Positions 7,899 through 17,392 are shown, counted from the stretch's first letter. The stretch is 64,000 nt of DNA from Candidatus Woesearchaeota archaeon (GCA_018221105.1 JAAOYA010000008.1:64648-128647); one strand, 5' to 3'. Translations and numbers: made by a program. Notes: generated by a model not told the origin, from the letters alone.

Positions 7899-10067
7899 TT
7901 AAAAAGAGTTTTTTATGCTGCTTTGATGACCTTGCTTTGCAACATATAAAACGCTATTTACAAAACTTTCAATTTTTGGCTCGTGACTGACTATTATTGT
8001 TTGTTCAATGTTTAATTCTTCTAAGACTTCTCGAACTTTGTCTAATTGTTCACTGCTAAACCCGTCTGTTGGCTCATCAAGTATTATTATGTCACGTGTA
8101 TTGATTGTTGTTATAAAATCATTTATTACCTTGTTAAGCGCTAGACGGTAAGCCAAAGCTACTGCTGTTCGCTCACCACCTGATAAATTTATGATTTCTG
8201 TATCATAGCCATCTTGTTCTATTAATGGCGTGAAGTGTTCATCAAGTCTGGCATTTAACACTTCATCACTTACCAGCATCGAAAACCATGACTTGAACAA
8301 TTCTTCAAACTCACGGTGCACTTTTAATAGTATGTTTTTTTCTATTATACTGCTCAATTTGATAAATTGAGTGTTTAAAAAATCAATCATTTCAACATTT
8401 TTTGTTAATTCTGTTTGGATAATGTTTTTTTGTTCTATTTCAATGTTTAATCGCCCTAAATCTTTTTGAGTGTACTCAATTGCAGTACTTGACTCTGCAA
8501 TAGTTTTTTCTATACTTATTAGTTCATCACGTGCTTTTTGCCCGCCTTGCTCTAAAATTTTGATTTTTTCTTCTTGTACTTTAAACTGTTCTAATTCTTT
8601 TGCAAGCACCATTTTTGCCTTGTTGCAATCGCCAAGTATTATTTTTGAATCCTTAATTTTTTGCTCTAATCGTGCTACGCGTGTTTGACGCTCTAAAAAG
8701 TTTTTTTGCAAGTTTTCATATTGTAAAAAACGCTGTTGCTGCCTTCTAGCTATTAATAATTGCTCTTGCAAATGTTCTAATTGTTTTTTTTGCTTTGTGA
8801 GCAGTTCATTTTTTGTGTTTTGTTCAGCGTGCACTTTATTAATAATTTCTTTTTGTTTCTCGCTTAATTGTTCCAAGTTGTCTTTTAGTTTTGCAATAAT
8901 TTTTTTGTTTTCTGTTTGCACAATTGTTTTATGCTCGTGTGGGACTTTTTGCAAGCAGCTTGGGCACTCGTCAAGTTTTGTCACGCTTTCAATTATTTTG
9001 TTATTAGTTTCAACTTGAGTTTTTGTTGTTGTGATTTCTTGCTCTACAGTTTTTTGCTCGCTTTCTAATTTTTCTAAACTTTCGCGGTCACTTAACATTG
9101 ACTGATATTTTTTGTTTAACTCTTCAAACTCTAGAAAAAGCTTTTTTTCATCAAGCTTTTTTTCTGAGGGCTTATTTGTTATCAAGTCTTGTTTTGTAAT
9201 GTTTAATTGTTCTGTCTCGTGTGCCAAATCAGAATTATTTTGTGATATGTTGTTGGCAGTCTGCAATATATTATTTTCTAACACTAACAAACGCTCTTTT
9301 TTTTCTTGCAGGGTTTTTAGCAAAATGGATAATTTGTCAGCTTCAATTTTTATTTTATCAAAATCGTTTTTTTTGTTTTCTTTGAGTTCGACTAAGTTTT
9401 TTTGTTTTGTTTGTAATTCTTTTTTTTGTTGTTCTAACTCTTTTTGTTGTTCTTTTTTTTGTGGCAAATCAATTATTTGTCCTTGATAGTTTTTGTTAAT
9501 GTCTCGCAAGTATCGAACATATGTTATTGTGTTGTCACGTATTAACTTGTATTTTTCAACTCCGAAAACTCTTCGTAGTGTGTCAAGTCGATCTTCTGCT
9601 TGATCGAACAGTATTGCTTTCATTGCTTCTTGTGGCGTGTAGACTGTGTAGCGGTAAATCATATCTTTTGTTTTACTAACAAGCTCTGGCGGGTAGCCAA
9701 GAATTTCTAATATTTTAGAGCGTAACTCAACAGGTGTAGCCTCAAGTTTTTTATTATTTTGTATGATATAACCTGTGTCTTGTTGAATGCTGTTTTTTGA
9801 TCTTTTCAGTGTTCTGTTGATTATGTAATTGTTTTTTTCAATGTTAAAATCTAGTGTTACAGAGCCCGTGTTTTTGCCATGGCGCAGTAGCGTGCTACCT
9901 GTTAGTTCACCTCGCTTTAAGCCAAATAACGCGAATTCCACTGCTAACAATACTGTACTTTTGCCACTTCCAATATCGCCCGATAACATCACACTGCCTT
10001 TTGGAAAAACAATTTTCTGGTTTGTGTAAGAGCGAATGTTATCGACAATTATAGAATTGAGTATCAT
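7899..10067 (-). CDS. rad50: DNA double-strand break repair ATPase Rad50
   Basis: GDIGSGKS, Q-loop PQ, coiled coil with CPSC zinc hook, LSGGE, ILDEPT. Confidence 0.93.
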   Translation of the reverse strand: MILNSIIVDNIRSYTNQKIVFPKGSVMLSGDIGSGKSTVLLAVEFALFGLKRGELTGSTLLRHGKNTGSVTLDFNIEKNNYIINRTLKRSKNSIQQDTGYIIQNNKKLEATPVELRSKILEILGYPPELVSKTKDMIYRYTVYTPQEAMKAILFDQAEDRLDTLRRVFGVEKYKLIRDNTITYVRYLRDINKNYQGQIIDLPQKKEQQKELEQQKKELQTKQKNLVELKENKKNDFDKIKIEADKLSILLKTLQEKKERLLVLENNILQTANNISQNNSDLAHETEQLNITKQDLITNKPSEKKLDEKKLFLEFEELNKKYQSMLSDRESLEKLESEQKTVEQEITTTKTQVETNNKIIESVTKLDECPSCLQKVPHEHKTIVQTENKKIIAKLKDNLEQLSEKQKEIINKVHAEQNTKNELLTKQKKQLEHLQEQLLIARRQQQRFLQYENLQKNFLERQTRVARLEQKIKDSKIILGDCNKAKMVLAKELEQFKVQEEKIKILEQGGQKARDELISIEKTIAESSTAIEYTQKDLGRLNIEIEQKNIIQTELTKNVEMIDFLNTQFIKLSSIIEKNILLKVHREFEELFKSWFSMLVSDEVLNARLDEHFTPLIEQDGYDTEIINLSGGERTAVALAYRLALNKVINDFITTINTRDIIILDEPTDGFSSEQLDKVREVLEELNIEQTIIVSHEPKIESFVNSVLYVAKQGHQSSIKNSF

Positions 10068-10102
10068 GAGTGCGCAAATGAGTACTTATTATTAAAAGTT
10101 GC

Positions 10103-10987
10103 TCACACGTTTTTAAAGACTAAAGCTGCAGCTCCAATGCTGCCAGAAGAATCACTAATTTTGTGCTTTACTATTTTTGTGTTTTGCATTGGTTTTAAAG
10201 CTCTTTTTTTGAATTCTTTACGCAATTTTGGATAAATTGGCAAGTTTGACAGTCCAGCACCTAAAACAATAACTTCTGGGTTTAATGCTACTACAATATT
10301 AGCCAGCCCTATTGCTAAATGTTCTATAAATTCATCAATGACCTTTTTTGCGGTTGGTTCTTTTGAATAATAGATTTTTTTCGGATCAGGATTTTTTATT
10401 TTGCCGCCGAACTTTTTGTAATAGTGTACTATTGCTGGCCCTGAACAAAAGTTTTCAAAACTTCCAGCAAATGAATAAGTTGTCCTGTCTTTTGAGTGAG
10501 GGTCTACTAGCATGAATCCTACTTCTCCTGCTACAAAATTGTTGCCATGATAAATTTGGTTGTTGATTATTATTCCACTACCAACTCCTGTTCCCAGTAT
10601 CACTCCTACTACGTGTTTTGCTCCTTTTGCGGCTCCAAAAGAATGCTCTGCAAGGATAAAACAGTTAGCGTCGTTTTCTATTATTATGTTTGTGTGGAGT
10701 GTTTTTTGAAAGTGTTTTTTTATGTTAAAATTGTGCAAAAATGGCATTTTTGATGGTGGTAGTACCACTCCTTGTTCGTTTATTACTGTTGGCATTCCTA
10801 TTCCTATTCCTTCTATTGGTTTGTCCCAAACTTTTTTTATTGCTAGTTCAATGTTTTGTAGAACTGTTTTTTTTCCTTTGCTAGTTTGTGTTGGCGTTCG
10901 ATATTTTTTTAGAATTTTACCATTATTTGTTATTAGAACGCTTTCTATTTTTGTTCCGCCAACGTCTACTCCTATTGCGTATTTCAT
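10103..10987 (-). CDS. ROK family sugar kinase (glucokinase-like)
   Basis: GVDVGGTKI, ENDANC, GTGVGSG, AGEVG. Confidence 0.92.
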   Translation of the reverse strand: MKYAIGVDVGGTKIESVLITNNGKILKKYRTPTQTSKGKKTVLQNIELAIKKVWDKPIEGIGIGMPTVINEQGVVLPPSKMPFLHNFNIKKHFQKTLHTNIIIENDANCFILAEHSFGAAKGAKHVVGVILGTGVGSGIIINNQIYHGNNFVAGEVGFMLVDPHSKDRTTYSFAGSFENFCSGPAIVHYYKKFGGKIKNPDPKKIYYSKEPTAKKVIDEFIEHLAIGLANIVVALNPEVIVLGAGLSNLPIYPKLRKEFKKRALKPMQNTKIVKHKISDSSGSIGAAALVFKNV

Positions 10988-11121
10988 TGTGTTCTATAAT
11001 ATTTTTTAATAGTCCAATTGTGGCCACAATCTAAACACTTGCAGTTTATTGTCTGGTAAGGTCCTGGTCCTTTTGTAGAAGTGCATTTTATATTGTTGCT
11101 GTTGCAAGCTGGACAATTCAT
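10984..11121 (-). CDS. 45-aa zinc-ribbon protein (missing from ORF track)
   Basis: MNCPACNSNNIK...CKCLDCGHNW; ATGA overlaps with both neighbours. Confidence 0.8.
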   Translation of the reverse strand: MNCPACNSNNIKCTSTKGPGPYQTINCKCLDCGHNWTIKKYYRTQ

Positions 11122-12131
11122 TTTATTTGTTTTTTGAAGTTTTCAATAAAGTCTACTTGTGTTGGATCGCGCTTTAATAGTAGTGCTAAGTAGTAAGTGG
11201 TCCAATCTCCTAAATACATCAGGGTGAATATTCTTGATAGAAAGCATTCTCCTTTAATGTTTAATTCTGTTACTCGTGCTTTGTTTTTAATAACTTTTTT
11301 GAAAACACTCATGCGTTTTTTTATTCTGTGATAATCGTCTTCGTCTTGCATTATTATCACTTCATAGCCTTGTGGCAAGAACTCGTAGGCTTCTAGTTCG
11401 TTGTGGTTCATTTCACTAAATGTATTGTGAAATGCCATTTGTTTTGCGTTTTCATTGAATTGTTGTTTCCAGCGCAGTCCTACTGCTTTAAACCGTTGAC
11501 TAGTATAAATTATTGGTGTTTTTTGTACAAAGCGTTTTGCAAGGTCCAATCCTTTATCTCTAAAGCCTGGTTTTTTTAGTGCTTCTAATGTGTAAACTAT
11601 TTCATCACCTGTCTCTACTATACCATTGACTTCTAAGGCTTTTAGTATTGAAAAAAACATAAATCCTACTGCGTTGCGCGGTTGTACTCCTTTTGGCACT
11701 GTTATTTTGTGTATTCTTGAGCCTTCAGCTTTTTCCATGCTGCCACCACTTGCGACTATTAACACTTGTGCTCCTTGGCCTCTTGCTTGGCGGTAAGAAT
11801 TAATTGTTTCCTCTGTGTTGCCTGAGTATGATATTGCAATAACTAAAGTTTGCCGGTCAATGTGTCCTGGCAAGAAGTATCCTTTGTTGACATGTAATGG
11901 TATTTTTAAGTGATAATTGTAAGCTTTTAGTAAGTCTCCAATAATTCCGCTGCCGCCCATTCCTGTAATCACAATTTTTTTTATTTCAGTGTCACCAAAA
12001 TTAATGCTTTTTCCAAGTTTTAATCCGTCACGGCATTGTTTTGGAAATTCTTCTAAAACTTTAATCATTTGGCTCTTGTCAAGTTTGTAATCTATTTGCT
12101 CCCCTTCCATCTTAAATTGGTTGGTCATCAT
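11118..12131 (-). CDS. Bifunctional phosphoglucose/phosphomannose isomerase
   Basis: GMGGSG, SYSGNTEET, QPR, RWKQQFNENAK, EMNHNE. Confidence 0.93.
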   Translation of the reverse strand: MMTNQFKMEGEQIDYKLDKSQMIKVLEEFPKQCRDGLKLGKSINFGDTEIKKIVITGMGGSGIIGDLLKAYNYHLKIPLHVNKGYFLPGHIDRQTLVIAISYSGNTEETINSYRQARGQGAQVLIVASGGSMEKAEGSRIHKITVPKGVQPRNAVGFMFFSILKALEVNGIVETGDEIVYTLEALKKPGFRDKGLDLAKRFVQKTPIIYTSQRFKAVGLRWKQQFNENAKQMAFHNTFSEMNHNELEAYEFLPQGYEVIIMQDEDDYHRIKKRMSVFKKVIKNKARVTELNIKGECFLSRIFTLMYLGDWTTYYLALLLKRDPTQVDFIENFKKQIK

Positions 12132-12196
12132 ATTTATAAGTTTTATGCTAGTGTTGGCCGTCAGCTTTATAAATAGGGGCGGTTTCTCGTGACTTG

Positions 12197-12234
12197 TTCT
12201 TGCAATGTGGCAGGTTGCTTTGCTGAAGTAAGAA
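12197..12234 (+). promoter_or_regulatory. Candidate structured 5' leader of rpl15e
   Basis: TTCTTGC/GTAAGAA outer stem and GGCAGG/TTTGCT inner stem starting ~24 nt after TATA TTTATAAA (12166-12173). Confidence 0.45.
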
Positions 12235-12264
12235 TTAAAGATTATAATAATGGAGGCTAAATAT

Positions 12265-12834
12265 ATGGGATTTTATAAAAAGATTCGAGAGCTTTGGAAA
12301 AAGCCTAAGGCTAACATGCCAGAGCTAACAAGAGAGCGTCTTATACAATGGCGCAAAGAAGATAGTACTGTTAGAATACAAAGACCTACTCGTTTAGATC
12401 GTGCTCGCTCACTAGGTTATAGAGCAAAACCTGGTTTTGTAATAGTTAGACAAAAAGTTTCTAAGGGCGGTCACAAAAGACCAAAAATTAAAGCTGGTCG
12501 GCGTAGCGCTCACTCTGGTCAAACAATGACTTTAAAACTTAATTACAAGGCTATTTGCGAGCGGCGTGCTGCTAAAAAATACATTAATTGTGAAGTTTTA
12601 AACAGTTATTGGGTTGGCGAGGATGGAAAACAACAGTGGTATGAAGTAATTTTAGTCGATAGGACTAATCCATCAATCTTGGCTGACAAGAAGATTAATT
12701 GGATCAGCACTGAAAAAAACCGTGCTTTAAGAGGCTTGACTAGCGCTCAAAAAAAGAGCCGTGGCCTTAGAAAAAAGGGCAAGGGTGCTGAAAAAATGCG
12801 ACCTTCTCGTAGAGCACACCAAAGACAAGGTTAA
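12265..12834 (+). CDS. rpl15e: 50S ribosomal protein L15e
   Basis: RPTRLDRARSLGYRAKPG, VLNSYWVGEDG, RGLTSA; GGAGG RBS before ATG 12265. Confidence 0.97.
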   Translation: MGFYKKIRELWKKPKANMPELTRERLIQWRKEDSTVRIQRPTRLDRARSLGYRAKPGFVIVRQKVSKGGHKRPKIKAGRRSAHSGQTMTLKLNYKAICERRAAKKYINCEVLNSYWVGEDGKQQWYEVILVDRTNPSILADKKINWISTEKNRALRGLTSAQKKSRGLRKKGKGAEKMRPSRRAHQRQG

Positions 12835-12881
12835 TCTTTTTTTCATAACTTTTATATACCAGCATTGTGCTAGTTATTAGT

Positions 12882-13034
12882 ATGAAATACATTTGTCGAA
12901 AGTGTAATTATCGCTCTTCAACACGCGAGGGCAAAGATTTGCCTTTTAGATGTCCTTATTGTGGCACTGAAGGAACATTGCAGCACGAGCAGAGTTCTAG
13001 TGACTTGTTAGATGAGTTCACAGGCGAAGATTAA
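12882..13034 (+). CDS. 50-aa zinc-ribbon protein (missing from ORF track)
   Basis: MKYICRKCNYR...RCPYCG; own TATA box upstream. Confidence 0.8.
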   Translation: MKYICRKCNYRSSTREGKDLPFRCPYCGTEGTLQHEQSSSDLLDEFTGED

Positions 13035-13156
13035 AAAGTTATTTTTTTCTAATTTTTTCTCAATACAAATATTAGTTTTCACTCTAGAGTGGTTAAAGAA
13101 CCGAAAGTTTTATATAGTAGTCACTCTTCTAGAATAGTAACAAAAGGTGAATTTTT

Positions 13157-13279
13157 ATGTTCGACATTGAAGACCAACAAGTACTAGAACACATCAGAAA
13201 AAGACCAAGAGCATCACTTAACAAAGCTCTATCAAACAAAAAACTGTCTAAACAAGAAATGGACGACTTATTTTTGTAA
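13157..13279 (+). CDS. 40-aa hypothetical microprotein
   Basis: BRE-TATA at 13101-13116, GGTGA RBS, MFDIEDQQVLEHIRKRP... Confidence 0.6.
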   Translation: MFDIEDQQVLEHIRKRPRASLNKALSNKKLSKQEMDDLFL

Positions 13280-13305
13280 ATTCACAAACACTGGGGGAAA
13301 ACAAT

Positions 13306-13419
13306 ATGGCATTAAGGCGCAGAAGCAAAACAGATACACGCATGTTCATGGACTTACCAAACGGCGAAGACGGTAAAAAATGGAAAAAAACAGCAAAGTG
13401 GAAAGAACCACTACTCTAA
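13306..13419 (+). CDS. 37-aa basic microprotein
   Basis: GGGGG RBS, MALRRRSKTDTRMFMDLPNGEDGKKWKK... Confidence 0.5.
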   Translation: MALRRRSKTDTRMFMDLPNGEDGKKWKKTAKWKEPLL

Positions 13420-13482
13420 ATTCTATTTTTTAATATTTTATTTTCAATACTTTTAAAAAAACCATCTCATTACTTCTATACT

Positions 13483-13731
13483 ATGACAAACACATATGAC
13501 TTAGAACTAGAAAAAGCCATTAGTGAAATAAAAAAGGCTAAAGCAAAAACAGTGCTAATACAATTACCAGACGGGCTAAAACCAAAAGCTAATTCGATTC
13601 AAGAAACATTAGAAAAAAATACTAGTGCAACGATACTAATCTGGGCTGGAAGCAATTATGGCGCATGCGATTTACCAAACTTTAAAGACGCAGACCTATT
13701 AATACATTGGGGGCACGCAAAATGGCAATAA
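13483..13731 (+). CDS. dph2: Diphthamide synthase Dph2, N-terminal domain only
   Basis: VLIQLPDGLK, YGACD, DLLIHWGH; only 82 aa. Confidence 0.85.
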   Translation: MTNTYDLELEKAISEIKKAKAKTVLIQLPDGLKPKANSIQETLEKNTSATILIWAGSNYGACDLPNFKDADLLIHWGHAKWQ

Positions 13732-14897
13732 TAAAATCAAAAAACATAGAAAAACTACAACCTGCAATAATAAAAGCTGCAAGCGAGATAAAAAAAGCCA
13801 TCCAAGAAAAAAGAAAAATTTACCTACGACACCACGCAGACACTGACGGCTACAGTGCAGCAATAGTATTAGAGCGAGCAATACTACCACTAATAGAAAA
13901 CAAACAAACACGCGAGCGCGACGTATACAATTATTATCGACGATTACCATCAAAAGCACCATATTATGATTATTCTGACGCAACAAAAGATTTAACAAAT
14001 TATTTAGCAGACATCAAAAGATTTGATCATAAAACACCACTAATACTAATAGTTGATAATGGTTCAACAGACAGCGACCTATTAGGCCTGAAAAAAATCA
14101 CAACCTATGGCGCCAAAGTAATAGTTATTGACCACCATCCAGCACACCCAAAAGTAAACGATTATCTAATAGCGCATGTCAACCAACACTTAATAGGAGT
14201 AGAAAACGATTTTAGTGCCAGCATGCTAGCAAGCGAAGTAGCGTATGAATTAAACCCTAAAATTGAAAATCCAGCATTACTAGCTGCAATTGGGGGAATT
14301 GGTGACAGAATCAAAAGCAGCGAGTTAAACGATTACATCAAAAAAAGCAATAATTCAAAAGAATTCATAGAAATACTAGCAGACTGCGTGGATTTTGAAG
14401 CACACACACTAGGATTTAGTGATAGCAGAACACTAGTAAACGACTTATTCGGAGCTGATAAGAAAAAACAATCAGAACTAATAAGCGTGATGAGCGATGA
14501 AATGAAAAGACGCAAGCTAACAGCTTTCGAACTAGCAAAAACCATCACGAAAACACAAAACACCAAAAACGCAATTATAGCAACAGTAGACAACTCACAA
14601 GTTTCAGAAAGAGGAGCGTACCCAGGAGTTGGCAAAACAACAGGAATGCTTTTCGACTGGTTAAAACACGAAAAACAAAAACCAGTAATTGTTATAAGCC
14701 ACAATGAAAGCATGATAACACTGCGCTCATCACATGACAAATTCAAAGCCAACAAAATAATAAAAAAATTACAAGACACCTTACCAAAAGGATTAATTAG
14801 TGGTGGAGGCCATGACGTCGCAGCAAGCATACGTTTTAGCCCACTAATAAAAAAAGAAGTCTTAGAAAAAGTAATAGCGTACGCAAAAAAATGTTAA
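13722..14897 (+). CDS. DHH family phosphoesterase (RecJ-like)
   Basis: HHADTDG, VDNGS, IDHH, GGGH. Confidence 0.9.
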   Translation: MAIIKSKNIEKLQPAIIKAASEIKKAIQEKRKIYLRHHADTDGYSAAIVLERAILPLIENKQTRERDVYNYYRRLPSKAPYYDYSDATKDLTNYLADIKRFDHKTPLILIVDNGSTDSDLLGLKKITTYGAKVIVIDHHPAHPKVNDYLIAHVNQHLIGVENDFSASMLASEVAYELNPKIENPALLAAIGGIGDRIKSSELNDYIKKSNNSKEFIEILADCVDFEAHTLGFSDSRTLVNDLFGADKKKQSELISVMSDEMKRRKLTAFELAKTITKTQNTKNAIIATVDNSQVSERGAYPGVGKTTGMLFDWLKHEKQKPVIVISHNESMITLRSSHDKFKANKIIKKLQDTLPKGLISGGGHDVAASIRFSPLIKKEVLEKVIAYAKKC

Positions 14898-15355
14898 GAA
14901 CAATCACGAGTTTACTAATTGCTTTTCTAGGTTTATTTGGCGGCAATCTATTAGCAATGATCGCGCCAGAAGAATTACAACCTGGAAAAAAACATTTTTT
15001 GTTACTACAAAAAATATTATTAGCACTAATTATTATTCTAGCCTTTGACGGTTATTGGATACTATTAGGAATCAGTCTAGGAATAATGTTTTCTTGGATT
15101 ATAAAATCCAACAAAGAACTATACTATTTTCTGCCAGTATTTATGATACCATACATTATAACAAACAAATTAATATTAGGCACCAGCCTACTATTCTTGT
15201 ATAGTCTACCAACAGGAACACTAATAGCAACACAGTTTGTAAAAAAAGACAAGCTAACAATAAAAAAAATTGCGTTGTTAAAGTACACATTAAAAAATCA
15301 TTATTGGTTCGCAGTAGTAAGCATAATAATAACAATTACCACTTTGTTTTTCTGA
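14891..15355 (+). CDS. Multi-pass membrane protein
   Basis: About five hydrophobic helices; overlaps the DHH gene stop. Confidence 0.75.
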   Translation: MLRTITSLLIAFLGLFGGNLLAMIAPEELQPGKKHFLLLQKILLALIIILAFDGYWILLGISLGIMFSWIIKSNKELYYFLPVFMIPYIITNKLILGTSLLFLYSLPTGTLIATQFVKKDKLTIKKIALLKYTLKNHYWFAVVSIIITITTLFF

Positions 15356-15881
15356 TCTTCAAATAATATGCAGAATAATTAACCAACACTGTCAGTAATG
15401 GAGAAAATAATAGTATTGTGATAATAGCACTAAATGGTGGAGTGTAAACAATCAAAGATAATAATAATCCTCCAATAACATAATCTAATTGGTCAAAACA
15501 ATACCATGGTTTCCCAGCAGCAATACTGATTCTTCTTTTGACAAGACTCTCAACCAAATCACCAAACAACGCGCCAAAAGCTAACAATAAACCAAGAGTT
15601 ATTGGCGCAGTGCTATAATCAAACAAGCTAATATTGCGAAAAAGAGCGTAATCAGCATAAAATAATCTTTGAAGCCAGAACACAAACCATCCAAGCATTA
15701 TTCCAACAATTAAACCACGCCAAGTTTTATGACTTCCAAACAATGGTTTGCCCTTAAATTGTAAGTTGTTATCAATTGGTTTTTTTAAAAACAAAAATTT
15801 GTTCTTGAAAAGTACTGGCGCCATGTTAGCAAAGTATGCTGGCAAAAAAAAGTACAATGCTTTAATTATAACACTAACCAT
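15336..15881 (-). CDS. carS: CDP-archaeol synthase
   Basis: PAYFANMAPV, PID, G.HKTWRG, GDLVESLVKRR, DQLD. Confidence 0.92.
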   Translation of the reverse strand: MVSVIIKALYFFLPAYFANMAPVLFKNKFLFLKKPIDNNLQFKGKPLFGSHKTWRGLIVGIMLGWFVFWLQRLFYADYALFRNISLFDYSTAPITLGLLLAFGALFGDLVESLVKRRISIAAGKPWYCFDQLDYVIGGLLLSLIVYTPPFSAIITILLFSPLLTVLVNYSAYYLKIRKTKW

Positions 15882-16267
15882 AATACCACCGGAACAATCA
15901 AACCTATTAAAACTCCATAAAACATTTGTTTTGGCCTGTGACCAAAACGCTCTTTTAGTTTAATCTTTTTTTGTAATTTATTCAAGATTTTTGCGTGCTC
16001 GCTAACAGCATAACGTGAACTAGTACTATCATGGAGCACAATCAACGCAAAAATTGTTGCTAGCGCAAAAGTTGTGCTAAAACCGTCAACTAAAAAAATG
16101 CTTGTTGCAATACCAACAACTAAAGCACTATGACTGCTGACAACACCGCCCTCGCTCAAAAAAGAATTGACAAATGGTAGTTTTCTATCAGCATAACACT
16201 TGATAAATTTAGTTGTTAACCATGATAGTAGAGCGCTTAAAATGATATAAAGTGTTGTGTTCACCAT
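15866..16267 (-). CDS. Divergent PAP2 family phosphatase (DUF212-like)
   Basis: GGVVSSHSA, VLHD, LKERFGH. Confidence 0.85.
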   Translation of the reverse strand: MVNTTLYIILSALLSWLTTKFIKCYADRKLPFVNSFLSEGGVVSSHSALVVGIATSIFLVDGFSTTFALATIFALIVLHDSTSSRYAVSEHAKILNKLQKKIKLKERFGHRPKQMFYGVLIGLIVPVVLWLVL

Positions 16268-16767
16268 TTTATTTTTTTCACCTTAATACTTGACACCATC
16301 AAAAATGCCATAACAATAAAATACGCTGGATAATAAGTTGTTGACAAGCCAATAAAATAAATTAGCGGTAATAATACTCCATTAGTTGTTATTGGAACAC
16401 CTTCAAAAGCTCCTGTGTTAGTTGTAGTGTTAAAACGTGCAAGTCTGATAAGCCCAGCAATTAAATATAGCGAGTAAGCAATAAGTCCTATCAGAGAATT
16501 GTTTAATGTGTACGCGAAAATTATTGGCGCGACACCAAAACTAATAATGTCAGCAAGAGAGTCTAATTCTTTTCCAAAGTCACCCTCTCGATTGATGGCT
16601 CTTGCAATCTTGCCATCTAGCACATCAGCAAGCACTGCTATTATTAACAATATTGCAGCAGTTGAATAATCACTACGCAAAACAAAAAAAATACTGAACA
16701 ATCCTAGAAGAGCGTTGAGCAATGTGAAATAATCAGGTAGTTTAACAGGAATGTTTAATTGCTTCAT
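16261..16767 (-). CDS. pssA: CDP-alcohol phosphatidyltransferase (archaetidyl/phosphatidylserine synthase)
   Basis: DVLDGKIAR...G.ELDSLAD.ISFGVAP, RLARFN, FEGVP. Confidence 0.9.
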   Translation of the reverse strand: MKQLNIPVKLPDYFTLLNALLGLFSIFFVLRSDYSTAAILLIIAVLADVLDGKIARAINREGDFGKELDSLADIISFGVAPIIFAYTLNNSLIGLIAYSLYLIAGLIRLARFNTTTNTGAFEGVPITTNGVLLPLIYFIGLSTTYYPAYFIVMAFLMVSSIKVKKIKW

Positions 16768-16768
16768 T

Positions 16769-17392
16769 TTAGTATTCTGCTATGATTGTTTGCCCTCCAA
16801 CAACTCTTTGACCCTTTTGTATTTTAAGCTTTACTGTTTTTGGAAGTATCAACACCACTTGACTTCCAAGACTAATGAGTCCAATGCGTTCTCCTTTGAG
16901 CATTTGATCGCTTTTTTTTACAAAGCAATGAATCCTGCGAGCTAAAAAACCAGCAATTTGAATCACTTTAACCTTCAAATCCTTGTTTTTAAATAATATC
17001 TCGTTTTTCTCATTTTCTAAAACTAAAAGTGAATCTCTATTGTTCACAACGTCAATAAACTTTCCCTTACTATAATGCGTTTTTAGTACTTGTCCTGTTA
17101 TAGGAGCTCTTTGAAAGTGAACATCAAAAACCGTCAGCATTATACTGATAAAATAACCAGTCGGTGCAACATCATCACTTAAAGTTATGATTTTGCCAAA
17201 CAACCCCTTTTTTAGTTTGACAGTTTTCTTATCATACTCGATAATCTTGATTATTTTACCGTCCGCAGGACTAACAATGTTATTGCCAGGAGGAATTGTT
17301 CTAATAGGATCGCGTAAAAAATAAAATTTGTAAAATGCGAGCCATCCAGCAACAAGCCAAGCAATAATCACCGAACCCCATAATAATATCAT
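16769..17392 (-). CDS. psd: Phosphatidylserine/archaetidylserine decarboxylase proenzyme
   Basis: RDP.R, VSPADGK, DVH.QRAP, QIAG.LARRI, LGS autocleavage site. Confidence 0.92.
   Translation of the reverse strand: MILLWGSVIIAWLVAGWLAFYKFYFLRDPIRTIPPGNNIVSPADGKIIKIIEYDKKTVKLKKGLFGKIITLSDDVAPTGYFISIMLTVFDVHFQRAPITGQVLKTHYSKGKFIDVVNNRDSLLVLENEKNEILFKNKDLKVKVIQIAGFLARRIHCFVKKSDQMLKGERIGLISLGSQVVLILPKTVKLKIQKGQRVVGGQTIIAEY

Noticed and set aside
7300-10054. Several F/S/L/C-rich plus-strand ORFs (also at 14333, 23328-24950, 43775-45610, 62658-63938)
   Set aside because: Antisense shadows of K/E-rich real genes
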